DNA from: Lama guanicoe
Taxonomy: Eukaryota
Assembly (NCBI GenBank): GCA_013239625.1
Contig: MU056303.1
Span: 11,104,286 to 11,168,285 of the forward strand
Direction of reading: 5' to 3'
DNA: 64,000 bases
This document shows, piece after piece, positions 1 through 12,180 of the stretch (the first letter of the stretch is position 1; the number at the start of each line of letters is the position of its first letter). The position numbers and the translations under genes were made by a program. The notes beneath the pieces were generated by a model. It worked only from the letters and a program-made list of their open reading frames with translations, did not search any database and was not told where the DNA came from.

Positions 1-9
1 CCGGAGGAA

Positions 10-200
10 GGGAGACCATCTAAGAAGCTATTGCCATGATCAGGGAGTGAGCATCCAACCAAGTGAAGGAAGGTGGGAAAGCAAAGGAAGGGCTGAATGG
101 GGCTTAATTCAGGGAACAGCGACTGGCTGTGTATGGAGGGTAAAGGGAGGCAGAGGGAGGTATTAAGGATGACTACACAGTTGAAGTCTGGGTAAAGTCA
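10..200 (-). mobile_element. L2 LINE fragment
   Basis: GGAGACCATCTAAGAAGCTATTGC...TTAAGGATGACT resembles antisense L2; strongly diverged. Confidence 0.5.
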
Positions 201-1289
201 AGGTATCAGCCTCATTTTGGAACAGGCTCTGGTGAAGGACTTTTCTTTTAGGAAGAGGCAGTGACCCAGGGGTCCAGAAACCTAGGGCTGAAGTATTATG
301 TCTATATTTGTTTTAGTCAAGTCACCCTTGCCCCATCCCCAGACTTGAAGGCTGGTAAAATGTGCTTTGAGGTCTGCTCTAGGACCTGCATGTGAAACTC
401 TATATGAGGAAGGCCTGGGAAATGCTCATCTCTCTGCTCTGCTCCGTGCCCCCATGCCTGGCATGAATTTCTCCCCCCAGAGTTGGAGTTTCCAGGGACC
501 CCCACTTCCATGTATAAGAGCCACAGTACGTCATTCCCCACCGTGGTGGGCCTGCCGAGCTTCTGTGCTGGCGGACGTTGACGTCAACTAACATTCAGGG
601 GGGAGGCTGGGCTGGGCGTGCCAAGCCTCATCAGCTGTGTGGTTGGGTCGCAGAGCCCGCCCGCGAGGGTGTTAAATGGCAGCATTGTCAGGATGAGACA
701 GTGCAACCGTCCCAGTGTATGAACAGCCCATCAGTCCCTGTGGCCGCACACGCAGCCCCCTCTCCCAGCCGCAGGCTCCTTGGTGAGATGGCGTGTGGAG
801 GCTGCAGCTGGCTGTGTAAGAAGGACAGTGAGCTGCAGTGTTTCAGGCTTCTGCTGAGCCAAGGAGCAGCGCAGATGGAAGAATGCTGACCTTGGGCATC
901 ACCGCATGACAGGACCAGGCGCTGCCCGTGTCATGAGCATAAATAAACAAACAACAAAAGTGACTCTCCAGGTGGGACCTAATTTCTACAGCACTAAGCA
1001 GCCTCTTTTGTCATCTTAAGGGATGGAGTCACTGCAGGGAAGTAACAGGCTGGATGGCAGGACGGGTCTCAATTACAGATGGAGATGATTGGCTAATAGC
1101 GCCATGATGAGATTTCAAGGCAACAATAAATGTCTGACCTGCTAAACCATAAATCCGTTATGTTCTGAAGTGGAGCCTAAAAGTCCCACGGTCACACATC
1201 CGTTGCTCTGAGAAATTGCATTTTTGGCCACCAGGTGACAAGTGACATCTTTTCAAGTTCCTCTCAGTGGGATAACACATTAAAAGGAT

Positions 1290-2790
1290 ACAGTTTATGT
1301 ATTTTTTCTTGTCTGTTACTAGTTAATACAGGCTGTAACTGGACCCTATGTTCATTTACAGTCAAATGAGTAGACATGTGCCAAGAAAACCTCCTGTGGA
1401 TCCCTGGAGAGACAAATATATTCTCCCCTGGCCACATTGTGTAAAGAGTGGCCCTGTCTCATCTTGATCATTAGGGTTACTTCATCTCCTGAGATCACGA
1501 CCACTTCCTTTGCCTGCTGCGTCATGGTGCAAGTCCAAAGTGGTCATAAGGCAGCAACAGAATAGGTTTTAGTGAAATCTTGTTCAGTATCACTGCCAGT
1601 GATGGTAAGCAGGGCCACTCCAACTACCATTCTTGAGTTTCTGGACTCATTTATACACACACACAAAGCATATAACATATATATTACATATGTGTTATAT
1701 ATAATTACATTACATATATATATGTTATATATACATATATGTATATATTATATATAATATTGATTTTGGCAGTAGAGAAGTATACTGTGCCCTGGAAAAC
1801 AGACTCTCACAATTTCAGGGGATCATATCAGAGCTAGCACCTCATCTGTGTCTTCTAAACACCACACTGTTGCTCTGTCAAGTTGGCAGTTTCTGAAGTA
1901 TAATAAGTAATAGGATGAATAAATCTCAAGGTCATGTGTCTCTACCTTCCCTCCTTTGCTGCAAAGTGAGTCTTCTGGTCTGATGAGATGCTGTGCAGGA
2001 TCCCACGTTCATGGACTAAATGCTCAGTAAGTCTCTCGATGATGCGCTGGCTGAGGGCCTCTGGTCAGGAAAGGCCAGCCCATGCATGGAATATAAGTTA
2101 ATACTATCGAGATAAATCTTGGTTCCTTCCAGGGTGGAAGAGCTCAATGTGACCCATTTGCCACCGAGTTCTAGGCTGGTCTCCTCCATATCGCAGGCAC
2201 AGCATTTGTCTCTGTTGTGAGCAGGCTGGGCATTTGGCAGCTTCAAAAATGAAATGAGCCTGGGTAAGTGGAAGCCCATGCTGTTGAGCCCATGAATGGC
2301 ATCCATTCCTGTTACCATGGTTACTCTGTTTATGACCCCATTGTGCAAGTTGGGAGCTGTGAACAGAGCCTGGCTGACATTATTATTGGCTTAATTATTC
2401 TGGTGCTCTCTGGAGGCCACTGCCATCTTCACACTTTGGACCCCTCCCATAGGTCAGTCTACAAGATTCTCCATTTTTTTTCTTGTTCCAATCTTCCAAT
2501 CTGTTTTTTCAAAGTCCTTGACCAACTGGCCAAGCGATTCATCACTGTCCATGAGGCCACATGCAGTCTTACTTCAGGCCATTTATCCTTCCGCTGTAGG
2601 TAAATATCCAGGTGTATCACTCGAAGCTCTTGCCTGCTGGTAGGATTTTCCCTCACTGCCATCTTTCAGGACCACCCCTGAGTGGGGCTATACTTCAGCA
2701 AAATTTCCTTTTCAGTTTTCGACCACGCACCCAACTAACTCATCCACCAGTGACATGCCTCATTTACAGCTGAATCCACACAGTGGGGCC
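1290..2790 (-). mobile_element. Decayed ERVL-class (ERV3/HERV16-like) internal region: RNase H, integrase and dUTPase remnants
   Basis: Minus-strand translations: ELRVIHL..KDKWPEVRLHVASWTVMNRLASWSRT (RNase H, 2459-2662); AQWGHKQSNHG..SWAQQHGLPLTQA..KCPACSQQR (HHCC zinc domain); LTEHLVHERGILHSISSDQKTHF (integrase core); LPYDHFGL..QQAKEVVVISG..LHN (dUTPase-like). Frameshifts and stops throughout. Confidence 0.9.
1652..1760. repeat. TA-rich imperfect microsatellite inside the ERVL
   Basis: (TA)/(CATA)/(TATG) runs visible. Confidence 0.9.
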
Positions 2791-2811
2791 TGCTTCCTGA
2801 TGCCAAGCACC

Positions 2812-3025
2812 TTAGGTCAGGTTCCCTGAAAGCAGACTTTGAGATGGAGATTTGTGTCCAGGAGGTTTAGTGGGAGTGCTCTCAGAAAACACACCTGGAA
2901 GGGAGGAAGGGATGCAGGACTGGGCAGAGGCGACAGGTGAATCGTGAGATGGCTGTAGCAGAAGCCTCAGCCAGCCCACAGGAAGCCTGGAGCTGGGACG
3001 ACCCTTCAGAACTCTCCCAAATTAA
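2812..3025 (-). mobile_element. LTR16-like ERVL LTR fragment
   Basis: TTAGGTCAGGTTCCCTGAAAGCAGACTTTGAGATGGAGATTTG...GGAGCTGGGACGACCCTTCAGA matches recalled antisense LTR16 3' end; abuts the ERVL internal sequence. Confidence 0.75.
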
Positions 3026-3234
3026 TTTTGATGTAGTAAAAGCCACCAGTTTTTTACCTTCTGATTTTAGTGCCTTTGGGATTACAATGAAGAAATCATT
3101 CAAAACCCAAAGTAACAGATTTATTTTCCAAATTTTTCTTCTATTTGTTTATATATTTACTTTTCTCAGCCTCTGATGGATAAATTCATTGTAAATAAAT
3201 AAATTAGGACAAAAGTCTGACTGGTCTAAATGTA

Positions 3235-4650
3235 TTTAAACCTCCTGGACTCAGCACCTTACACTTCACTATTATCTAACTCACCTTCCTGACGTTGCAA
3301 TGAGCTTTCAGGAATCTTGGAGAGCAGAGAATTGTCAGGAGATCAGAGGACCAGTGTCCGGCCAATTTCCAAAAAGGGAATGAGAAATAAAGTAAAATTG
3401 CAAAGTGGATTATATTAAAAACATAGTTTGGGAATAGCTAGGAAAAGAAGCAGACAATTCTAAGATGCAGAGTAAGTTTTTTAGAGCATGACATAGCACA
3501 CTTGTCTATCTTTTTTTTCTTTTCTGAGTAAAGATTTTCGATTAGGAGATCAGGAAAATGTGTTTCTGGATTTCATTAAGACATTCTGAAAAAAATTATA
3601 TTGTATTACATCCTATCTTATCCTATCTTAGTCTATTCTATCCTAAGAGGTACTAAGAAAGGATAAAGTGATTTTAGACAGATAATAACTTAGTAAAGGA
3701 CCTAAAGGTTTGGATCTGTGATAAACTAGAGAGAGATTTCTAGTGACCTTCCCCAGGGCTCTGACTTCCCTCGGTGCTAGTCGAAATGTTAATCCATGAC
3801 TTCTATGAAGACAGAAGCAAAGTCATCAAATTTGTGGATGACATGAATTTAGGATGGTTCGCAAATATGCTGGGAGACAGAATCAGGTCCCCAAAAGTTC
3901 TTGACTTGCTGAAAGAATGGAATGAATCCAAAGTGATGATGTTTAACCAAGGAGAATGTAACACCCTATACCGGGTTTAGAAAAACGACTTCACAACCAA
4001 AGGGTGGGATAATTGTAATGTAGTAGTTGTGAAGGAAAACAAACACTATGTGGGACTTAGTTGAGGGTAACTTCACAGTGGTCACTTAAAAGCAAATACA
4101 TGAACCAATACTTGGCTACATGAACAAAACCACAGTGTCTAAAGTGACAGACGTGACCACGTTGTGACCTCCTGTGCAAGTGAAATCACAGATGGAGGCA
4201 TGGATTCTAGACACCATTCTTGCTAGACCAAGTCTGGAGGAGAGACACCAGGGTGGCAGAGATCCACAAAGCCTTACATTTGGACACTCGTCCTGGAAAT
4301 CGGTGATACGTAATCTGGAAAAGACAAAGCTGAGAGAAATACACAGTCCCTGGCTGCAAATATTTGGAAGAATGGCATAGGGGTGGAGAATTAGCCTTCT
4401 CTCTTCCGTCCAAGTGTTGGAAATGTAGTTTTCAACAAGCTGGAAGCTGCAGAGAAATAGGTTTAGAGCTACTGCAAGGAAGAATGTGTATTCAGAGTTG
4501 ACTTTTTGAATGTCCCATCACGGCATGAGTTGTTAAGCATAGATTTGATGGGGACAGAGCATGAACGTTTTAGGGAAGAGTCAAACATCCATCATGTTGG
4601 AGGTTGGACTGGATGGGGATTAAGATTGCTTTCAACCCTTGGGTTCTGTT
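3235..4650 (+). mobile_element. L3/CR1 LINE, 3' 1.4 kb with RT remnant
   Basis: PQGS motif near 3750, then IHDFYEDRSKVIKFVDDMNLG..DRIR..LDLLKEW..MMFNQGEC (CR1 RT FADD region, ORF 3774-3980); CR1-like 3' end TTGGACTGGATG..TTTCAACCCTTGGGTTCTG. Confidence 0.85.
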
Positions 4651-5004
4651 CCCCCGAAACCAAAGGCCAGAATTCCTGCTGACTTTGAGCAGATCACTGT
4701 TGGAACATGGTCTCCTGCTCAGGGCACAGCAAACTTAGACACGCCAAGGGTGATCTTTTAAATAAGGCCTCTTTTGAAGGACCTTAAACTGCTTATGTGC
4801 TGTGCCCCTGTGTCTGTAGATATTTCTGAAAGGAAAGCAACAGAGCAGAACCATCTACCTCAACCCGTCCCCGCCTTGTCCTCACTAAGCTGTTAAAATC
4901 TGCTCTTAACGCCTCTGCCTTAAATTCAAGGATAAGACTGAAAACAATTTGAAATGTTGTCCCTCCAAGGAATAAGGTTCTTTAGGAGTTAATGATGACT
5001 CTGT

Positions 5005-5178
5005 TAAATACTTACTCTTCGCCAAGCACTAGATTATATTTATTCAGCCTTTAGAACAACCCTGTAAGTGGGTGTTGTCATTACTATCAATTTCCAGATG
5101 GGGAAACCATGCTCAGAAAGGCAATAGGCAGTCAGTAAGTGGCAGAGCTGAAACGCAAACCCAGGTTGTCAATCTAGG
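5005..5178 (-). mobile_element. MIR SINE
   Basis: ACAACCCTGTAAG..TTTCCAGATGGGGAAACCATGCTCAGAAAGG..AGTAAGTGGCAGAGCTG core. Confidence 0.8.
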
Positions 5179-5589
5179 AATAAAAAAAAACAGAGGTAAC
5201 CCCTACACAAGGCTGCCTCTCTGAGGCAAAGGGAGGATGCTAGTTACACGTAAGAATTCTGAGGGCAACGTCCCTCCGTCGCGCCTTCAGAAACAGCTGA
5301 GCAGACCCAAGTACAGAGCGATGCAGACTGGAGAAGACAGTGCCTTTCAGACAGAGTGACCATGACTTGGTACTGACACCACACAGTCTGCTCACATGAA
5401 TTGGGTCTTATTTCAATTGGCTCATTTGCTGTGAACAACAAGTCCACATGCCAATGTGAATAAAAACAGAAAGGCCACCCAGGAGACAGCGGATGGAGAG
5501 ATATTTTACTGGTATCTCAAAAAAAACAAAAAACAAAAAAACAAACAAACCCACACATTTATTATGTTTTTTTTTCTTGTCACAAAAGC

Positions 5590-5965
5590 CTTGTTTCTTC
5601 ATTATGAAACCAGTTCGAAAGTACATAAAAGTACATGGAAGAGATCATTTGCCATCAGTGCCCAGATGCCCAGATGCCCACTGTGAACATTTCGGCACGT
5701 GTCCTTTCAGTCATGTACGTATACATTCATGCGTGTTTTTTAATCAAAGATTTTTTAAAAAATGAAAAACCACGAGCGCTTTGTTCGCACTGTTTCGTAG
5801 ACTCTTTTTTTTTTCACGGAATATATTGTTGTGAATGTTTTTCCACCTCATTAAATTTTCTTCTACTTCATCATTTGAAACCGCTACATGGCATTCTGCT
5901 GCACGGATGTGCCATAATTAGAACCTCATTTCTCATGAATAAATAAATAACGGGGGTGCTTTCCT
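5590..5965 (-). mobile_element. Old L1ME-type 3' fragment
   Basis: Antisense L1M 3'UTR-like motifs (GGCATTCTGCTGCACGGATGTGCCATAATT). Confidence 0.5.
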
Positions 5966-6771
5966 GCAGGTCAAGCTCGGATGCTTTAAGAGGTGGTGGA
6001 ATGGGTGCTAAAAGCAGAAGGGGGAGGGAGGAAAGCGCATAGGGAGCAAGGGCATTGGTTGATCGGGGCTTTGATTTGGGGATCTGCCCGGGGCTTGAAG
6101 AAATGGGAGGAGTAACAGACCTGGAATGATGGTGATAGAAATTTAAAAGGGGAAAAATTTTCCCCAGAGGGAGTGAGAAGAAGGGAGGTGGTAGACTGGA
6201 AAATATTGCTGAATGGGGGGAAGAGGAAGACTTCTGAGAAAGACTCTTCTGGGGAGAGAAAAGCTTTGTGAGGGGGGGAAGCAGGAGTCCTGGTTTAATT
6301 AAAGGGGAGATGTAGGGTGAGATGGGGAATCCTGACCGAGAAGAGCACAGCTGCAGAGATTGTGGGAAAATGGGACCCTGTGCTTGTCTCTCTCTGGGAG
6401 GCTGGCCGGTGGGTGTCCGGCAGCCGTGCCTCGGGATGGCCAGCGGAGGCAGGAGGGGAGGGCAGATGTGCCTGGAGCCACCGACTGTCCTCTCCCTGTC
6501 CTGACGCCTCTCCACCGTGGCTCAGGACCAGTTCGGATGCTGTTCTTCACATGTAGGCTCCAGGTCAATGGTGACAATAAGGTGCTGAGGGGGCCACCTT
6601 AGAGGGAGCTGATGGGCCCCTCCTGACCGCAACTCCCGGCCCTCAGCAAGAGGAACCCAACTGCCCAGGGTCTTGGGAGTGAATCTGAGGGCCCAGGAAG
6701 GAGCCAGAGGCCAGAGCAGCCCCGATGTGGGCCAGCAGGCAGCAGGAGTGTTTTAACAGTACCTCCTTCTG

Positions 6772-6963
6772 CATACATATCCATACACATATATTTTCAG
6801 AGTCTGTTCCAACATAGCTTATTACAAGGAATCGAATACGGTTCCCTATGCTATCCGGTAGGTCCTGAAACTAACATTGTAAATCAACTGCACTTCAATA
6901 AAAAACAAATCTTTTTTAAAAATTTAAAAAAAAGATATACCAAACAAACTTAAAAAAAAAAAA
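6772..6963 (+). mobile_element. 5'-inverted (twin-primed) truncated L1 with poly(A) and TSD
   Basis: 6772-6865 antisense L1 3'UTR; 6864-6900 sense terminal L1 sequence; A-tail; 17-bp TSD AACAGTACCTCCTTCTG (6755-6771) / AAGAGTACCTCCTTTTG (6964-6980). Confidence 0.85.
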
Positions 6964-8899
6964 AAGAGTACCTCCTTTTGACCTCTGTCTTTACAAAGAA
7001 AATCTGACTGAGGAAGTTCCCCCATCTGACCAGCACTTCTGAAGCCCTGTGTGAAGCCCTGTCTGTACCAAGGAAGTTTCAAGGTTGTATAAAGTCGAAA
7101 CACCATATGCGACGTCACCTTGGGCCATTTAGAGCGTAGTTCCTCATTGATAAATAGGGCGGGTAATAATAAAACCTATGTGTGGGGGACTAGAGGACCG
7201 ATTGCTGCCTTTCTGAAAGAAGTGGTCGGTTCAACACCTATTTTTTTTCCTTGGAAGCATGGTCTGGGAAAGCGGCCATTTTCCTTAGGAAATCCCCCCC
7301 TTTCTGAGTCCTGGACCTCATCAGCCCTACCCGGCCACCTGGACTCAGGACAGCTGACTCACAGAGGGATGGGTCTCCGGCGGCTTCACAGAAATGGTTC
7401 TATCAGTGGGGGGGTTGAGGTTGCTCCAGTCTCTCCAGCCCATTCTTTCCCTGCAAGCAAGCTCTGGGGGCAAAAGAAGATTATCAGAAGGATGTTTGAG
7501 GATCATAGAATAAGAACCAGAGAAAACAATTCTGTGACTCAAATCTTTACGGGCTGGAACAGCCTGGGATGTCTGTCTCCACGGTGGATATTTGCCTGTG
7601 AGATGGACGGACGCTCATACCAACCTGACAGGTTGGCCTTTGAAATGGCCCTTCTCCTAGAGGGGCAGGTTACAACTGGTTAGGTTTCTGCTTATCAAAT
7701 GACAAGCTCATTCTAATTTTATCTCCCTGAGATTGCTCCCAGACCACCTGGACCGGAGTTTGGGGCATTCCCAAATACTTGAGTCACACAATTACAGAGC
7801 ATCTCTGTTGACTTTCATACTTGTCTGATAACTTTGAATGTGTGTGGACTTCAGTAGGTTTACCTCTCAGAAGACAACTGTCTTCCCTCGTCATCAAGTT
7901 CTTGGGGCTCTCGGCTTCTCCCTGTCACCCCCTTGTAGACTGTCAATGTGGATGGAAAAGCTGTCAGAACCACCAAGTGTTATTCAAACATTGGGCTATG
8001 CCATCATTCTCTGTTTAAAAAAAAAAAGCCAGACCCCAGAGCTCAGCTTCCAGACTGGAACCTTTCTCACCCCAGAGGCCACTCTGCCCTCCCCTGGGTG
8101 CACGGGCAGCCAACCATGTAGGGAGGTACAGGGAATACTCACTTGACCATCAGTGTTCAATATTCAGTGTCTGGATTTTGTCTGCGCTCATGGAAATGCC
8201 TTGTGTACCTATCTCTGGACATCCGTTAACTGATGGCTGCTTCCCGTGTTACTGCAGTAAGTTTATTTTCTCTGTCTTCTCCCAACTGACGCAGAACGTC
8301 AGTCAGGGAGTGGTATGAATATTTATTTGATGCTGACTAATTAGCCAGGTGAACAGAGAAGGCCACAGACCTGAGGTCATGGTCTTTAAAGAGAAGAACC
8401 CCTGAGTGTTTGGTCAGCAGAAATGACTTGTGATGACAGGGCACAGAATGTCTCTAGGGGCCGGTGGGGAGGCCGCTTTGGCTGTTAGGGAACTTTCCTT
8501 CTCTCTCTGCTTTTAAGCTTCTCGTTTCTAATAACAAATGATCACAGCTAAACGTCCTAATGCAAACTCTTCAAGGTGATTCTCGCGGATGGAGGCAGTG
8601 AGTCTGGGCATGAATTACAAGGCCACTGAAGCAGGTCCTGCTGACGTGCTGGCCGCATGCATCGTCCTCTGTCCAGCCCTGGCCAGCGCAGATGCCCCAG
8701 CTGGTGGCTGTCTGCAGATTTCCGGGAGCTGCTGCATTCGTTCCTTTCCACAGCCCCAGAGGGGACCCCTTCCCCAGGCCTTCCCTCCCTGGGATCTCCA
8801 TTCCAGCCTGGGTTCCATGACTCAGCATGGAGGCTCCCCAGGCATGGTCTGATGGCGGCCCCCTGCCTCCAGCGCTGGACCCTCCATGGCCACCTCCCG

Positions 8900-9180
8900 T
8901 TTACGCCTTCCCCCTGATGACTTAACAAAACGTGTGTCATCATCTTCTGAGTCGCATCCAGGAGCAGGGCGGGCAGAGGGAGGGCTGGGCGCTGTTTCCC
9001 ACACGCGCATTAAAATCAATGGTGTTTGCTCAGCTGGCGGAATGACAACTCATTCCTCTGGACGGGCTGGCTTCACAATTGCGCGTTCAAGGGGAAATCT
9101 GATAAGAAACAATCGTCTGGTCTCCGGGAGCCTTAAACCTCTGTATTCTAATTTAAACTTCAGGCCCACTGACTGTCTGC
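8900..9180. promoter_or_regulatory. Candidate enhancer (motif-dense unique sequence)
   Basis: AAATCAAT, TGTTTGC, CAGCTG, GGAATG, CATTCC, TGATAAG and AACAAT within 9013-9113. Confidence 0.35.
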
Positions 9181-9674
9181 TTTCTCGTCTCCTCTAGTAT
9201 TTTCTGGGTTTTTGTTTTTTTTCATTATTGATTTTTGATTCTTTCTTTTCATAAGGCTACTGAAAGATGAAAGAGATCCTCAAAACCAACAGGCCAAGTT
9301 AGAAGGTTCAGTGAGGTCTTCACAGACCCTCTGAAAGGGCAAGGTTTCTGATCCACTCAGTCTGGGCAATAGTCAGGGATCAGGAAATGAAAGATTTGTC
9401 GCAGATTTCCCAAAGTCCTTTGAGGAAGGAGGAAAGAAGCAGAACTCGGACCCATCGGTGCCCATGGCAGTGCTGCTGTTGACAGGTGGGTCCCCCGGGC
9501 AAGACCAGTCTCTGGGCTCTGGGAGGAAGGCTGCGTCTCTTCTGAGCATGAGCTGCCAGGAGGCACAGCTCAGAAAAACCAGATGAGGAAGTTGAAGCCA
9601 AGAGGCCTAAAGGGGCTGCAAGTTTCCCTCTTAACTCTCCATCACAGCCCAGGGAAGGTGCGAGACATGCAGGC

Positions 9675-9990
9675 TTATTTTGTACGTGTTTTCCGTACGT
9701 ACCGAGGGCTGGCCACTCTGCTGGGCTCTGAGCACACAGGGATGACAAGGCAGACGTGTCCTCAGCTCCCACGGAGCTGAGTTCGGTGGATAAGAATGGT
9801 GAATAGACAACCACATCCCAGTTTGAGGACTGTGATAGGAGTCTGCGTGACTCTGCAGGGGAGGATTAACCCAGCCTGGGGTGACCAGGGTAGTTTCCCA
9901 GAGGAAGTGACATGTAGAGTAGGACCAGGATACGAGGAGTAGGAGTTGGCCAGGTGTTAAGGATGAGGGCCTGATAAACAAGGCAGGGAA
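9675..9990 (-). mobile_element. L2 fragment
   Basis: CTGGGCTCTGAGCACACAGGGATGACAAGGCAGAC..TTCCCAGAGGAAGTGACA typical of antisense L2 3' region. Confidence 0.65.
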
Positions 9991-11049
9991 AATTGAAGAG
10001 GTCGACTAAGTCCCTCCCCGAAACTTAGCACTTGAGGGACAGAGAAGAAGCGGGTCCCAAGTGCCTCTTTCAGCATGGTGACCACAAGAAACAAGGATGG
10101 TGTGGCTCACTGTGTGGCATTTTTTAATTTCACTGTCACATCAGCTATGGGAAGGGCATAAGGCAGTTATCATCCAGAGGAAACCGAGGCCCAGAGAGAG
10201 CTCAGCTGCATGTTCAAAGTCATGGCAGCAGGATTAAGAAGGGAGCTTGCTCTCAGACAAGCGGGGGTACAGATGAGTTCTGAAACCTGAGTTGGGAGAA
10301 AAAAAGTCAGGCAGGGGAAAAGCTGAATTCTGGGTTTTGTCCTGAGCATGAAGCAGGTGTGGTTTGGGCCTCTGTGCCACTCTGAGTTCTCAAGAGGAGA
10401 GTGAGGACTTGACGGGATGAAGAATTTTCAAGTTGGAAACAAAAACCTTTATGATGACTTACAAGGATTCGTGTGTGTGTTCGATCCATGACTCCAAGTC
10501 TGTTTTGAACATGTAGAGAGGTTACAGTTATCCTAAGAGGCGTTGTGAAACCTTTAAAATAGAAGAAAATGTAAACAGAATCCATTGAAATCAATCTTAC
10601 TTTTAAAAAATTCATGCATAGTACTTTTAAGAAACAAGAAGATTGCGGAAAGGAGCCATCTGTGGATTCCCAGAGAGGCCATGAATCACGGTTGTTCCCC
10701 GCGTCCAGGGTCCGGGTTGAGTTACAGACGGGCAGATAAGAGAGGGCTTCTGCTGGTCGGGGTGGGAGTGAGGCTGCGAGCAGGTCTGTCCCCTCCTCGC
10801 CCTCATCCACAGATGCGCAGAACCAGGGGAGGACTTCCTCCCTCTGTGCCTCCAGGGTGTAGTCTCTGCCTCAGGGACGCCGAAGGAGGAGAGCAAAGGA
10901 GAATGGCGTGGATCACTGGGTCTAATTCCAGGTGCTGGGTTCCTTCCAATGATGAGCGCCTTTGTTTTCCCATCATCTCATTTTTCTTAAAGGATGTTAA
11001 ATGAATGCTTAAAGGATGTTAGAGTATATTCTCTTACTTGACATCACGG

Positions 11050-11265
11050 CGGAGTGAAAGAGCTGAGGTTTGCATCCCTGCTCTACACTGATTTACTGCC
11101 TGCCGAGCTGCTTCCTTAACCACCCCAGGTTTCTGTCAGTGATTAAGTAGGGAAAAGGCCTCCTTCATAGCAGTGCCGAAAAATCTAAATGGGTTAAGGG
11201 ACGCACAATGCCTAGTATAGCGTGTAGCACATACTAGGTACGCAGAACATGGCAAGTATTTTTCA
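11050..11265 (+). mobile_element. MIR SINE
   Basis: MIR-like 3' end GCCTAGTATAGCGTGTAGCACATACTAGGTACGCAG. Confidence 0.65.
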
Positions 11266-11344
11266 CTCAGCCATCTGCCCACTCATCTTGTGATTTCACA
11301 TGAAAACTAGGATGACTGAAGATCCATAGATGACAAAAAAAGAA

Positions 11345-11475
11345 AAAAGCAAACCATGATTCAAAGAGGCAGAGAGCCTCACGTGTCATCAGACTGCTAT
11401 GAGGGACCAAGGCTGGGACTTGAAAACAGGTCCTCTGTGGCTCAGGCCAGTGGCCTTTCAACACCGTGTGCTCAT
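11345..11475 (-). mobile_element. MIR SINE fragment
   Basis: GGCTGGGACTTGAAAACAGGTCCTCTG (antisense B-box region). Confidence 0.55.
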
Positions 11476-11974
11476 AGTAACACGTGGCATTGGCTTCTTC
11501 CTGACTTCCCTTGGAAGCAGTCACGTAGGCATTTACTGGCACTCAGCTTCCTTCTACATTTTGGTTCTGAAATTGCTCTTTAAGATAGCATCAAGAACTA
11601 TTTCTAGACGCCCGGGAGAGAGGTCATTTTCCAGATAATCTCTCCAAGCAAACACAAGTGCAGCCCTTGTAGGAAGCCTGCAGTGCACATATGCAGGCCG
11701 ACGGGCTCCAGCAGCATCAGCTGGAGGCCATGAGGAGCCAAAACACCAAGTCGCAGGCCAGGCCCCTGACCTCTGTCTTCATACCCGAGATGGCTGGGCT
11801 TCCAGGCCTGGGAAGGTGAAGATGGCCAGGCAGGAGACCCTTCTAAGCACGAACGATCACCTTCATCCTTATCTAAGAGCAGGGGGTGCTGGCCTGCCTC
11901 AGAGACCCCCATAATGGGCTGCTGGGGGAAGCCGCAGAGCCACCTGCTGCCTCCAGCTCACCTACTGCACACAG

Positions 11975-12180
11975 GATAGCGTAACAGGCATTGAACTGGG
12001 CTCCCAGTCAGAAAACTGGGGTTCTATCATTTACACATTGGGGCAAGCAATGCAACTTGTTTATGCTTCCATTTAGTTCTCAGTAAAACATGCCGAGTAA
12101 TAAGACCTTCTCTGCCAACCTCAGAAGGTCACTGTAGCAATGAACCAGCAGATAAAAGTTCTTCTACAAACTTGCATATA
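11975..12180 (+). mobile_element. MIR SINE
   Basis: AGTCAGAAAACTGGGGTTCTA..GGGCAAG..CAGTAAAA core. Confidence 0.6.

Noticed and set aside
1290-2790. Domesticated integrase or RNase H gene
   Set aside because: Multiple frameshifts and stops, a microsatellite insertion, and loss of a catalytic Asp.
5871-6515. 214-aa minus-strand ORF
   Set aside because: Pro/Ser/Leu-rich by-product of a purine-rich plus-strand tract; no domain recognised; it runs into an L1 remnant.
7120-7683. 187-aa plus-strand ORF
   Set aside because: Starts at TTG in MIR-like sequence; no recognisable homology.
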